From positions 1 to 64,000 of IMG/VR virus record IMGVR_UViG_2599185236_000001: DNA of 64,000 bases. One strand, given 5' to 3'. This DNA comes from a virus (lineage: Duplodnaviria > Caudoviricetes). The position numbers were made by a program, and so were the translations under genes. Positions within the stretch are counted from its first letter, which is position 1. Each line of letters begins with the position of its first letter. Positions 45,869-55,408 of the stretch are shown here, one piece after another. The notes beneath the pieces were generated by a model. That model did no database searches. It was not told the origin of the DNA and was given only the letters and a program-made list of their open reading frames with translations.

Positions 45869-46786
45869 TCAGGCCGATTTGGCGTACCGCGCCAATTCGA
45901 GTGCTTCTGCGAAATTATCGTTGGCAGCTATGAGAAGACGCCTTCCCGCCTCGATCGCATACTGACCTTTGAAGCCTCGGGCTTGCCCGATCTCTTTCAG
46001 GTTCCGCGCCTTGCTCGCCTGCGTCAGAACGTCGAAGTGATCGTCGGCCATGTATCCGACGGCCTCGTGCCATGACCTGCGCTGCTCAGTCTCCGACACC
46101 ACATCCTGCCAGGCCATCGATCCACCGCCGGCGCATGTCGTCTTTCGCATGCCGAGGAAGCTATCGGCCACCTTCTGCGATCCGCAGGGCAGCCCATCCG
46201 GATAGCGCGTGATCAGCTTGCTGACATTACCGGCCTTGGCGTAGGCGTCTGCCAGGATCCGCTTCGCTTCCTCGCGGCTGATCTGCTGGCGTGGCTGGCG
46301 CTTCCGGGACGCCGTAACGTACCGACCCTTCCGGGTCTTGAGCATCTCGGCGAAATAGTCATTGCTGTCCGTCAGCTCCTGCGAGTTCTCGTCGCCGCCG
46401 CGTTGCGCCCGTTCCTTGTCGACCGTGCCGAGCATGGCGCCGGTCGGCATCCGATCCTGGAACGTGACGACCTTGCCGTCGATCGTGACCTTCATGGCCT
46501 GCTCGGTCTGTGTGCCGTCGGAGAAGCGCAAGCGACCGATGCAAACGGTCTGACCTGCATCGTTGCGATTTACCGGGCCAGCTTTGACCTGCTTCATCAT
46601 CTCCTCGACCGAGGGCGAAATATCCCAGAGCCGTTCGGTCTTGAGGTCGGCAACGTCTTCCGGGTTGTTGTCGTTGGCCGGTGTGATGGTCCAGTTGGTC
46701 TGGATCGGCTCCGGCTCATGGTCCGGCGCGGTAGCGAAGGTCAGGAGCGCGTCGAGCTGCTCGGCAAGTGATCCGTGTCTGGCCAT
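45869..46786 (-). CDS. phage protein, possible late transcription regulator
   Basis: RBS GAGGAGAC; C-terminal HTH-like LKEIGQARG; last gene of early operon. Confidence 0.6.
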   Translation of the reverse strand: MARHGSLAEQLDALLTFATAPDHEPEPIQTNWTITPANDNNPEDVADLKTERLWDISPSVEEMMKQVKAGPVNRNDAGQTVCIGRLRFSDGTQTEQAMKVTIDGKVVTFQDRMPTGAMLGTVDKERAQRGGDENSQELTDSNDYFAEMLKTRKGRYVTASRKRQPRQQISREEAKRILADAYAKAGNVSKLITRYPDGLPCGSQKVADSFLGMRKTTCAGGGSMAWQDVVSETEQRRSWHEAVGYMADDHFDVLTQASKARNLKEIGQARGFKGQYAIEAGRRLLIAANDNFAEALELARYAKSA

Positions 46787-46824
46787 GTGGTCTCCTCTGT
46801 GTGGTGGTGATGCCTCTTGCGACG

Positions 46825-47310
46825 CTAGGCGGCTTTGGTCCAGTTCGCGGCGATCCAAGCGAGGACCAGATCAACAGCCTGCCTCGCTGCATCGTTGGGG
46901 GTAATGGCTGAAACAACCTCGACGTGGTGCCCGATCTTGGCGAGCGCAGCGTGACGTTCCTTTTGCTGCGGGCTGAGCCGGCCTTTGCCAACCTTGTTCT
47001 CGATCATCCGGATCTGACCGTTGGCAAGATAGATGCGGACGTCCGGTTCGCCTGGCGTCATTCCAGCGGAAATTGCCTCTTGCTGGGCACGCGGACCACG
47101 CTTGGCCGCGTTCTGATCTCCAGCTAGCAGGAACTGCTTGCCGTACTCAGGCATGGATCGAAGCGACCGAACCTGAGCCGCCTGCAACTCCCATTCCTTC
47201 GGTAAGGCTGCTTTGGTCGTGACCTTGCCGCTGGCCGACGTGCGGATGATGGTACGGACGCCTTTGATGCGGACAGTCTGCTGGGTGGGTTTGGGCAACG
47301 GTTCCTCCAT
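46825..47310 (-). CDS. VRR-NUC nuclease
   Basis: EWELQ...GM-x-PG-x-PD...IE-x-K-x-x-x-GRLS-x-x-Q. Confidence 0.85.
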   Translation of the reverse strand: MEEPLPKPTQQTVRIKGVRTIIRTSASGKVTTKAALPKEWELQAAQVRSLRSMPEYGKQFLLAGDQNAAKRGPRAQQEAISAGMTPGEPDVRIYLANGQIRMIENKVGKGRLSPQQKERHAALAKIGHHVEVVSAITPNDAARQAVDLVLAWIAANWTKAA

Positions 47311-47374
47311 TTCGCCGATGAAGGATTATGCGACAGCGGGCGGGTTTGGTCAGGTTGTATTCCAGCCGCCCGTT

Positions 47375-47566
47375 TGCACGGTGCACGGTGCCCGAATAAT
47401 TTTCTTGAGAACCGTGCGCGCAGCACACCGCCCTGCACGGTTGCACGGTAATGGGTATATATAAATATATACCCTTATGACCGTGCACTAACCGGGCAGC
47501 GTTGTGCAGGTGTCTCCGCCCGGATATGCACGGATAATGCACGGTTTTTGAAAGTGCATCCGTGCA
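47375..47566. repeat. putative replication origin: TGCACGG repeats around an AT-rich palindrome
   Basis: TGCACGG at 47375, 47382, 47434, 47442, 47527, 47538; inverted CCGTGCA at 47481, 47560; GGGTATATAT-AA-ATATATACCC at 47453-47474. Confidence 0.7.
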
Positions 47567-47607
47567 GTATCAGGGGTTGTATTGGGCGATTGTGGAGGTT
47601 GTGCCCA

Positions 47608-48885
47608 TCAGTCTTTCTGCAAACCTCTGATGTCCTTTCCCGTAAGCGAGACCTCTCCGCCTGGCAGCTTGAGATTGAGAGCGGACGCGCGTCCGAGGAT
47701 GGCAGAGGCCAAGTAGTCGGCGGGATGCATATCGGCACCATCGTCTTTTTCGCTTTTTGAAAAAAGATTTCGGGATATTGTTTCAAGCAGGTGTTCCGGC
47801 ATCGGCCTATCCTGAGAAAGCTTCCATTCCAGCGCCGCCTCCACGACCCAACTAGCCCGGTCGATGTCGAGGTCAAACTGCTTTAACTGAAACTCTGCGT
47901 CCGCGTACCGCTCAAACCAACGATTCATCCACCTCAAGTACCACGCGACAATGCCCAGCATCGCTAGTGTAGCAGTCGCAGGCTTGATCCCTGCAACCGC
48001 TACCTGCAAGGTGGAAGCACCAGTAGGCACCTGCGAAAATTCGATGGTTAAGAATACGATCAGTGCGAAAAGAGCCATCAGCACGCATACGACAATTACA
48101 TGAATCGGCCGCCGGTTTGCTTTAGTTTCCGGCGTGACCTTAAGACTATCTCCTCGTTGTGCAATTTTGGCTTTAAGGTCCCGGTGCAGTTCACGACGAG
48201 CATGGGTGTTACTTCTGTCGTCTAGTTCTTTCTGTAATGCGGATATACGATCTCGCTCAGCTAAAAGTTCGAATTCTCGCTCGCGAATTTTAGCGTCGGC
48301 CCGTTCTCTTGCTTTGGTCGCTTCGGCCTCTAAAGCTTCTCGTCTACGAGCGAAATCGACCTCTAACTCTATTCTCGCCCTGCTCGCTTCCTTACCGATA
48401 TCAAGCGCCATTTGCTGCAATTGAGCATTTTGACGGTGGTGGGACGCCAGCACATCTCGGAACAACTTCGGATTCTTGAAAAGCGAAGCAACACCCTCGT
48501 CGTCGCGCCCGAATGTTTCGCCGATCCTTATGCGCAAGGATGTGAAGATATCATCTGGAAGCGCCAAATCTGGACGACCATTTTCAGGTGCATGGTTTGA
48601 TATTGTGAGGCTGTCATACAAGAGACCGTCAGCATTAGCGCCCGACCCTCGGTCGACAGTAATGGAAAAGTGGTCTCTCATCGCCCGCGCGTTGATCACC
48701 GTCGTAATACCGTCGCTGGGAAAATTATCAGGCTCCACATCATCGACTGCTACGGTTACAGATCCCGCGCCGTTTATTGTCGTCAACTGGATATTAGGTG
48801 CTTTGATTATCGCGCAAGCATCGCGAAAAAACTGGACCAGAGCTCTATCATTAACCTTTGGCACCATTGTCTGCGTCGATGGCAT
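47608..48885 (-). CDS. coiled-coil plus 2-TM membrane protein of unknown function (inserted)
   Basis: long E/R/A coiled coil, two hydrophobic helices, more AT-rich than flanks. Confidence 0.75.
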   Translation of the reverse strand: MPSTQTMVPKVNDRALVQFFRDACAIIKAPNIQLTTINGAGSVTVAVDDVEPDNFPSDGITTVINARAMRDHFSITVDRGSGANADGLLYDSLTISNHAPENGRPDLALPDDIFTSLRIRIGETFGRDDEGVASLFKNPKLFRDVLASHHRQNAQLQQMALDIGKEASRARIELEVDFARRREALEAEATKARERADAKIREREFELLAERDRISALQKELDDRSNTHARRELHRDLKAKIAQRGDSLKVTPETKANRRPIHVIVVCVLMALFALIVFLTIEFSQVPTGASTLQVAVAGIKPATATLAMLGIVAWYLRWMNRWFERYADAEFQLKQFDLDIDRASWVVEAALEWKLSQDRPMPEHLLETISRNLFSKSEKDDGADMHPADYLASAILGRASALNLKLPGGEVSLTGKDIRGLQKD

Positions 48886-48980
48886 CGTTCTCTCCAGCAA
48901 TAACCTAGCAAGACAAATCACACGAAAAAGCCGCCGCGCATAGTTGCACGACGGCCTCATCTACAATCATTTCACATGGC

Positions 48981-51206
48981 TCAAGCTGCCCTGACGAACA
49001 CCGCCATCTCTCGCCGGATCGGGTCGCGCTCCTCCACCTCGACGAGAGCACCCTCCTTGAACAGTGCCGTGACGACAGTGCCGGCTTTCTTCCTCGCCGC
49101 AGTGTCCTCTAGGTCGAGCCCCATGGCATAGGCCACGGCCGCGCCGACCCAGTTCTTGGCCTTGGCCGACTTCTTGTAGTCAGAGCCGCCTACTGCTGCC
49201 AGGATTGCCTGCCGCTGCTCTGCGGTTAGCTCGCCTGCCACTTCTTCCGCACTAGGCCACTGCCACTCCGTCACGACCGGCGCGAAATCCTGCGGCTTCG
49301 TCAAGCCGCGCCCGTTGCCCAGAGGCACGCCCTCAAGCTTGCGCCAGTCCAGGCGCGACGACAGCGGCGTAAGGTTCGACTTGCCGTATGTCACCGAGAA
49401 GTGACTCATGCGATCCTCAGGCTTTACGCCCGCCTCTGCCGCCTGCTCCGGCGACATCCGGTTAAGCACGCGCACCGAGCGAGCCGCGCCGATCAGCGAC
49501 ACCGCTCCTCGGGCGTCTTCCACTGTCGCCTCGCGATCCGCCACTTTCCGCAAGTGGTGCACGATGTCGATGCTGCAGTTGGTATAGTCCGCAATCTGCG
49601 CCCATAGCTTCGCGACCTTGTCGATCGCGCCGTTGTCGTTCTCGTTGACGCCGTGGGTGGACACAAACGGATCAACGATCATGACGTCGATGCCGTACCG
49701 CTCAATCTGCTCCACAACTGCCTCAACGATCGGCTGCTGGATCCGCACGCCGGCCTTCTTGTCCTCGATGGCGACGCAAAGCTCCTGCTCGCGGCCGCTG
49801 TCCAGGAACAGATGGCCTTCGATGTCCTCCGGCTTGAGGTTGTAGTGGATGCACGCCGCCATGATGCGTCGCTCCATTTCGTCGCGCGGATCCTCCGCAT
49901 TGAACACCCAAACCTTGAGACGCTGCGGCGGCTTGGTGCCGAGCAGTGCCCTGCCCGACGTCATGGCCAGTGCCTCGGCGATGCTGCTGGACGTCTTGCC
50001 GAGGCCCCCGGGGCTGACCGTGACCGACACGTATTTTCGGATGAAGTGCGAGCCATAGGCGAACTCGCGCCGCGGAATCGTGGCAGGATCGATCCACTTG
50101 AAGGCCGTGGCGGTGATGGGGGAGGAAGGCACGTTGTCGTTGGCCGCGTTCCCGCTTGGGATCACATCATCCGTTTCCGGCACGTCCGGCTCCGAATTTT
50201 CCCGTACGGGATCGTCGGCGACCAGCTCGCTCACCACATCCTCATCGACCCTCGCCTCCAGAGCCCTCGCCTTCTCTAGCCCACGCTGAATCATCCGCGT
50301 GATGTCGACCAGGCGCGTGTTGTCTTGCGGTTGGAAATCCGGCTCCGGAATGTGCCGCGGCTGCGCAATGCCAGCCTTCAGCCCGTTCTCGATCGTCTTG
50401 CAGCACCGCGACCAGTCCCTGCCCCAGCCGCGCGCCACGTCCTGCAGCAAGGCGCGCGCCTCAGCCTCCGGCAGTGCACCGGCGCCGACGAAAGTGCCGA
50501 GCGCGAACGCTGCGTCATTCAAGCTGTTGTTGCGGTTGCCCATCGGAGCGCCGGCAAGGTCGGCAAGCTCCCGGTCGACGGCAGCGTCGACGTAGGCGTT
50601 ATTGGTCGCCGATGACGCCGTGTACTTGCTGTGCGTCGGCGCCGACTTCGGTAGCAGCAAATCCAGCAACCACGCAGGCGCGTCTGCGATCTCGCGCACG
50701 TCGTCCACCCACTTGTACTGCCGACCATTCGCCATCGTGCTGCCGGCCGCCACCACGTAGCCGCCCTCAGACCGGATATCGACGCCGGCGCCAAGAGCGC
50801 CGCGGTTGCGAGTGCCCACGACGTACTTGAAGTAGATGTGCATCCCACCGTTCGGGCTGATGACACGCGCCGTTTCTGGCAGCGGGCCGTGCTCGGCCTG
50901 CATCTCGTCCAGCCACAGGAAGCCGTTCGAACCGCCGGGCTTGTTATCGATGTCCAGGGCGAAGAAGCCCGTCGGCGATCCCGTCGGCAGACCGACGGCC
51001 GCGTCGGGCCAATCCGTCCACCAGCGGTCAAGGATCCGGGCAAAACGCGTGGCTGCCTTGAAACCATTCGTGGTTAGCGGGGTTTTCTCGCCGAGCATGA
51101 TGATTTCGCCGTGTTGGTCGACGTGCTCCTCGGCGTGCGAACGGCACGGAAAGACCGGCCAGCCTTGTTCGGTGTAGTGCTGGGCTAATTCAAGCGGCGT
51201 TTGCAA
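48981..51206 (-). CDS. bifunctional primase-polymerase fused to RecA/AAA_25 helicase
   Basis: GWPVFPC, KTP-x-x-x-NGF, ALDIDNK, SPNGGMHIYF, DIRSEGGYVV; SPGGLGKTS, IVDPFVS, IVHH; TTG start with GAGGAG. Confidence 0.92.
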   Translation of the reverse strand: MQTPLELAQHYTEQGWPVFPCRSHAEEHVDQHGEIIMLGEKTPLTTNGFKAATRFARILDRWWTDWPDAAVGLPTGSPTGFFALDIDNKPGGSNGFLWLDEMQAEHGPLPETARVISPNGGMHIYFKYVVGTRNRGALGAGVDIRSEGGYVVAAGSTMANGRQYKWVDDVREIADAPAWLLDLLLPKSAPTHSKYTASSATNNAYVDAAVDRELADLAGAPMGNRNNSLNDAAFALGTFVGAGALPEAEARALLQDVARGWGRDWSRCCKTIENGLKAGIAQPRHIPEPDFQPQDNTRLVDITRMIQRGLEKARALEARVDEDVVSELVADDPVRENSEPDVPETDDVIPSGNAANDNVPSSPITATAFKWIDPATIPRREFAYGSHFIRKYVSVTVSPGGLGKTSSSIAEALAMTSGRALLGTKPPQRLKVWVFNAEDPRDEMERRIMAACIHYNLKPEDIEGHLFLDSGREQELCVAIEDKKAGVRIQQPIVEAVVEQIERYGIDVMIVDPFVSTHGVNENDNGAIDKVAKLWAQIADYTNCSIDIVHHLRKVADREATVEDARGAVSLIGAARSVRVLNRMSPEQAAEAGVKPEDRMSHFSVTYGKSNLTPLSSRLDWRKLEGVPLGNGRGLTKPQDFAPVVTEWQWPSAEEVAGELTAEQRQAILAAVGGSDYKKSAKAKNWVGAAVAYAMGLDLEDTAARKKAGTVVTALFKEGALVEVEERDPIRREMAVFVRAA

Positions 51207-51261
51207 AGACAGTCTCCTCCGCTGCATTTCTATCTGGTCCTGGCGTTCGAAATCGAGAAAC

Positions 51262-52101
51262 TTGCCTCGGATGAGAATCATGAGAGGAATCTGGATGCCG
51301 TGGGGATTTGAGCGGGGTCACATCTACAACAGGCGCAGAGACATTCACGGTCGATTCAAAGGACAGGAGCGAGGAGGCATCGCGACGCCGGCCGGTTATC
51401 CCATCGTCTTTATCTTCACTGGCCTCGGAGGGCTCGACCACGGTTACAGCGATCGCTGGCGTCCCGACGGTGTCTTCGAGTACTTTGGCGAGGGCCAGAA
51501 GGGAGACATGAAGCTCAGCAAGGGCAACCTTGCGATCGCGGAGCACGCGGTTCGCGGCAAGAGCCTTCTCCTCTTCAATCTCCTCGCAAACACGATCCAG
51601 TTCGAAGACGAGATGGTTTTTGAGAACTACCATATTGAGCGAGCACCCGACTCGCACGGAGATATGAGAGATGCAATCGTCTTCGAGCTCCGACGTCTGG
51701 AGGAAGTCGTCGACGCTACCGAGAGCGCGCTGCCGGCCTTTCCACCTGCGGCTTCCCTCGATGATCTTCGACTGGCCGCCATGGCTGCAGCAAAGGCTGC
51801 GCCGAGTAGCAAAATGACCAGCGCAACCGTTTACGAGCGGAGCAGAAAGGTTCGTGACTATGTCCTCGCCCGTTGCGGTGGGAAGTGCGAGCATTGCCGA
51901 AAAGATGCTCCTTTCCTGCGCTCCAACGGCTCGCCGTATCTCGAGCCTCACCATATCCGCCGGCTGTCTGACGGCGGGCCGGACGATCCGAGATTCGTTA
52001 TTGCACTTTGTCCGAACTGCCATCGTGAAGCCCATTTCGGTGACGTGGTAGGGCTTCGACAGACCCACCTCGCCAAGATGAAGGCAATCGAGGTCCTGTG
52101 A
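51262..52101 (+). CDS. SRA-like domain + HNH endonuclease (McrA-like type IV restriction enzyme)
   Basis: GGIATP...YSDRW...FEYFGEGQKGDM; C-terminal CEHC...PYLEPHH...GGPD...ALCPNCHREAH; start may be 51295. Confidence 0.8.
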   Translation: MPRMRIMRGIWMPWGFERGHIYNRRRDIHGRFKGQERGGIATPAGYPIVFIFTGLGGLDHGYSDRWRPDGVFEYFGEGQKGDMKLSKGNLAIAEHAVRGKSLLLFNLLANTIQFEDEMVFENYHIERAPDSHGDMRDAIVFELRRLEEVVDATESALPAFPPAASLDDLRLAAMAAAKAAPSSKMTSATVYERSRKVRDYVLARCGGKCEHCRKDAPFLRSNGSPYLEPHHIRRLSDGGPDDPRFVIALCPNCHREAHFGDVVGLRQTHLAKMKAIEVL

Positions 52102-52109
52102 TGGTACGC

Positions 52110-52511
52110 TCATGCCGCCACCCCACGGATTTCCGCCAGCTTAGCCCGCGTCTGCTCAACGGTCAGTATTGGTGTAGGCATATATTGCACATGATACAGC
52201 CAGCCATCGAACAGCTCATAGACTGCAAAGCATGAGAGTAAGCCCCACCTGATTTCACGGCCCACGCCAGCTCCGATCGAACCATCGGTGAACCGCATGA
52301 AGGCAAGCCTGTCGCAGGACTCCACCACCTTCTTGAAGTAGTCCATGCCCTCACGGTCATAGCCATCCTGGTGGCGGGGCTGGTCAGGGTTCTCGATTTC
52401 AAGCGGCTGAGTTGAGCGCTCTTCCGCCCAATACTTTCGTAACGCCGCAATCGCAGCCGCCTGCCGCTCCGTCCCGTAGTCCGTGACCGGGTGCGCCAGA
52501 TAGATCCTCAT
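52110..52511 (-). CDS. nucleoside 2-deoxyribosyltransferase-like protein
   Basis: MRIYLAHP...NPD...SCD...GAGVGREI. Confidence 0.55.
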   Translation of the reverse strand: MRIYLAHPVTDYGTERQAAAIAALRKYWAEERSTQPLEIENPDQPRHQDGYDREGMDYFKKVVESCDRLAFMRFTDGSIGAGVGREIRWGLLSCFAVYELFDGWLYHVQYMPTPILTVEQTRAKLAEIRGVAA

Positions 52512-53452
52512 GCTGCCTCCTCGTAATCGACCATGCAGCCGCAACCGCTGGATCCTGGTTCGTATTCAAAGATGAACTGCGGCTTTGCCAGCATCCGCTC
52601 GGCAAACTCGTCGAGCGAGAGCGGCTTCTTGACGTTGTCGTTCGCACGGTCGGTGAGCATCGTCACCGGCTTGCCGATGTACTCAGCCAGCTTGCGCTCC
52701 ATCATAGCGTCGTAGGCATAGCGCTCCGGATCCGCATAGAAGCGGTTCTGATAGTGAGCGTGGCCGGCCTTAATGCAAAAGCCACCACAGTTGTTGTGGA
52801 TGTAGTTCTTGCGGTAGAGCCGTGGTCGCTCAATTCCGGCCTTTGCAAGGTAGACGAACGCACCGATATCGCCCTCGAAAGTGCCTAGTAGCGGCGCCTC
52901 ATATTGCCATCCGGCCGCCATCTGCCGCTGCGCCAATACGTGATATCGATGCGCCTCATCTGGCCCGATGCCGACGCAGATGATATCGGCCGCCTTGTCG
53001 GCATTCACATCAAGCCAAGCGGCAAGAAAGTCTCGCTTTAGCACCTTCGAGCAAGGATCGATCCGGCTGTTGCCCAAAAACTTTCGATCCCGGAAAACTT
53101 CCCACGGATCGCGCCCCTCAACGAGCCAAGTCAGTTCCGGCATCACTTCCGCCACGTCGGCGCGAAGCTGGGCGAGGAAGGCTCGCCATTCCGGGTTGCC
53201 GGCGTAAGTGGCGATGTCAAACTCACCCAACACGCGGTAGTCTGGAAAGTCTGATGCCCTCGGTAGCACGTTGGAGACGTCGCGATCGATGAGGTGGGCA
53301 ATGCCCTCGATGAGAAACCGGTAGCAGTCGGCATCCTCGTATAGCGTGTCAGCGAAGAGGAAGCGGTGCTCCTCATTAGGGTGTGCGGCCATATCGACTT
53401 TGGCGGCCAGCCAGGAGCCGGCTCCGCCACTAACGCTATGGTATCTGGTCAA
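52508..53452 (-). CDS. PAPS-reductase-like PP-loop (adenine nucleotide alpha hydrolase) protein
   Basis: SVSGG-x-GS, FADT-x-x-ED, CS-x-x-LK, GI-x-x-DE, HNNCGGFCIKAG, GCGC; TTG start. Confidence 0.75.
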   Translation of the reverse strand: MTRYHSVSGGAGSWLAAKVDMAAHPNEEHRFLFADTLYEDADCYRFLIEGIAHLIDRDVSNVLPRASDFPDYRVLGEFDIATYAGNPEWRAFLAQLRADVAEVMPELTWLVEGRDPWEVFRDRKFLGNSRIDPCSKVLKRDFLAAWLDVNADKAADIICVGIGPDEAHRYHVLAQRQMAAGWQYEAPLLGTFEGDIGAFVYLAKAGIERPRLYRKNYIHNNCGGFCIKAGHAHYQNRFYADPERYAYDAMMERKLAEYIGKPVTMLTDRANDNVKKPLSLDEFAERMLAKPQFIFEYEPGSSGCGCMVDYEEAA

Positions 53453-53790
53453 AAAGGCGCCTCCCCTTTTCTGATCACTTCCCTCAACTTGTCGGCGCAA
53501 CCCTTCCAGATCGCGGCGCAGAAGATGAGCACTTGCTCTTCGCTCCATTCGGCTAGGTCGCTGCCGAACTCGTCGACCAGAGGCCCGGCCGCTTCCATGC
53601 CGCCCATGCGAGCCTCTAGCTCGTAAGGATCGAAACGGCGGACGCGCTTCAGCTGCTCGATGAGGATGACGCATTCCTGGCAGAGGTATCTGGGCTCTTT
53701 GCCGTCACCGATACCAATGCCGATCGCGTGACGGCCGCAGCAGTTGCAAACGGCCGGTGTGTCTCCGACTTTGGTGGGTTGGAAGGTCAT
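53449..53790 (-). CDS. zinc-finger protein (DUF6511-like)
   Basis: CNCC...CQEC; ends EAPF. Confidence 0.6.
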   Translation of the reverse strand: MTFQPTKVGDTPAVCNCCGRHAIGIGIGDGKEPRYLCQECVILIEQLKRVRRFDPYELEARMGGMEAAGPLVDEFGSDLAEWSEEQVLIFCAAIWKGCADKLREVIRKGEAPF

Positions 53791-53861
53791 GAGAAACTCC
53801 TTCGAATCCGGTTGCATAATGGTTTTTGCGCTGGCAGGTTGCCCCCGGCTGGGGAAGCAAT

Positions 53862-54572
53862 ATGACGAATTGGAAACGATGGCTTATCGCGCTTTGGGCA
53901 GCGTGGATGTTGCTTGCATACATTTTTGCTTGGCAGAGAGCGACTTGCGGCCTGCCTTGGGAAGTCGCGTGCTGGGTGAGCGGCTGGCAAGGTCTCGGTG
54001 ACGTAATTCTGCTCGGCTGGGTAAAGGACTATCAGGAACTTCTTGCGGGACTCGCTGCGCTCGGCGGTGGTGCAGCGGTCGTCATCGCGTATCGTATGCA
54101 AGCTCGAGACACCGCAAACGCTATGGCAAAGGCAGCAAAATTGGACGCAATCAACTCTTGTAACCTTTCCTCTCAACGATTTATCGACCTGGCATTTGAC
54201 ATCGCGCATGGGCCTAACTTCGGCGCTAATTTCAACAGCGACCTCATCGTCGCCAGCTACCCACGATTTTCGACGATCGACACAATGCTGGCGACGGTCA
54301 CTATGGCAACGCTGAGAGACGTTTTGGGCTTCGTCTCTGTTCAGCCAACCAGTGACATCAGAGGTCGCCACATTACTGCCGCGGAGTGCTACGCCATCGC
54401 TAGGATATTGGATTTCGTGGGCAACAATCTCGACGAAGCTGGTACCTTCGATTTCAAGGGTACGGTGGATATCCCGCCGGCCACTTTGCGGAGCCACCTC
54501 GCATTCCTTGCCGTGAAGCCAGAGGCGTTGGGAACGTTGCGTCTTTTTTTCGATTGGAACAATCGGGAGTAG
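53862..54572 (+). CDS. N-terminal 2-TM membrane protein (moron, opposite strand)
   Basis: WLIALWAAWMLLAYIFAW and LLAGLAALGGGAAVVIAY. Confidence 0.65.
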   Translation: MTNWKRWLIALWAAWMLLAYIFAWQRATCGLPWEVACWVSGWQGLGDVILLGWVKDYQELLAGLAALGGGAAVVIAYRMQARDTANAMAKAAKLDAINSCNLSSQRFIDLAFDIAHGPNFGANFNSDLIVASYPRFSTIDTMLATVTMATLRDVLGFVSVQPTSDIRGRHITAAECYAIARILDFVGNNLDEAGTFDFKGTVDIPPATLRSHLAFLAVKPEALGTLRLFFDWNNRE

Positions 54573-54577
54573 CACGT

Positions 54578-55408
54578 TCATGCGGCCTCCCCGAAAAGAT
54601 CCGCCTGGATAGGCGCGTTGTCATTTGCGACCACCGGCGTCGGCACAGGCTCGACAACCACCGTGTGGTCCGGCTCGAAATCAACGCTAACGATCTCGCA
54701 CATCGGCGAAACGCCCTTCCAGTCGTTGATGTAGAATCCCGTATCGATGCCGCAGCCAGCGTCGAAGTGAAGCCCGGTCAGCTCCTGAAACTTGACCGCC
54801 TTGCCATCTTGCTGGCGCCGGTAGTGGCCGCCGCCGCTGAAGTTGAAGCCCGCCGACATCTGCGGCACAATGAAGGCGCCCTCACAGGCGAGGTGAGACG
54901 CGATGTCGATAACGTGGAATTCAAAGTCCCTGCCACTGTATCGCGGTGCATTCTTTTCGCGCTTGATATTGCCGAATGGCGGATTGCTGATGGCCACATC
55001 GAACTGGCCGAGATCCATGCCCAGCACGTCCAGCACGTCGGCGAGGATCCATTCCGCTTCCGGCAGAATCTTCTGCCCGACAGCCAGGTAATCCGGATTC
55101 CGCTCGACGCAGGTAATGCGCGCCCTCTGATGGCTGCGATGCCAGCAGGCATACGAGAGCATGCCGATGCCGGCGCATAGATCGATGATCCGGCCGCCGT
55201 ACCCGCCCTGCCCGATCGCATCGATCGTGAAGTCGAAGGCCATGTCGTATGGCGTGAAGAAAGCGCCCGCCGCACCGTTGACGTGGTTGGCGCCCTCGTT
55301 CCAATTCTTCAGCACGAAGTCCTTGTCGTCTTCGGTAAGGACCGGCTTAGTCAGCAGATCGCATGCCTGCGCATGCGCCTTCGCTTGAGCCTTTGTGAGC
55401 TTGGCCAT
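54578..55408 (-). CDS. amino-(N6A/N4C) DNA methyltransferase, class I SAM
   Basis: GAFFTP, IIDLCAGIG, VERNP, ISNPPFG. Confidence 0.85.
   Translation of the reverse strand: MAKLTKAQAKAHAQACDLLTKPVLTEDDKDFVLKNWNEGANHVNGAAGAFFTPYDMAFDFTIDAIGQGGYGGRIIDLCAGIGMLSYACWHRSHQRARITCVERNPDYLAVGQKILPEAEWILADVLDVLGMDLGQFDVAISNPPFGNIKREKNAPRYSGRDFEFHVIDIASHLACEGAFIVPQMSAGFNFSGGGHYRRQQDGKAVKFQELTGLHFDAGCGIDTGFYINDWKGVSPMCEIVSVDFEPDHTVVVEPVPTPVVANDNAPIQADLFGEAA

Noticed and set aside
47124-47542. ORFs crossing the TGCACGG repeat region
   Set aside because: Low-complexity His/Cys/Arg translations of the repeats; the region is better explained as non-coding origin.
51190-52113. 307-codon minus-strand ORF that begins at an ATGA overlap and ends over the primase RBS
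   Set aside because: It is the codon-registered antisense of the SRA-HNH gene, which commonly stays open in GC-rich DNA, and has no recognisable motifs. Could only be rescued by proteomics.
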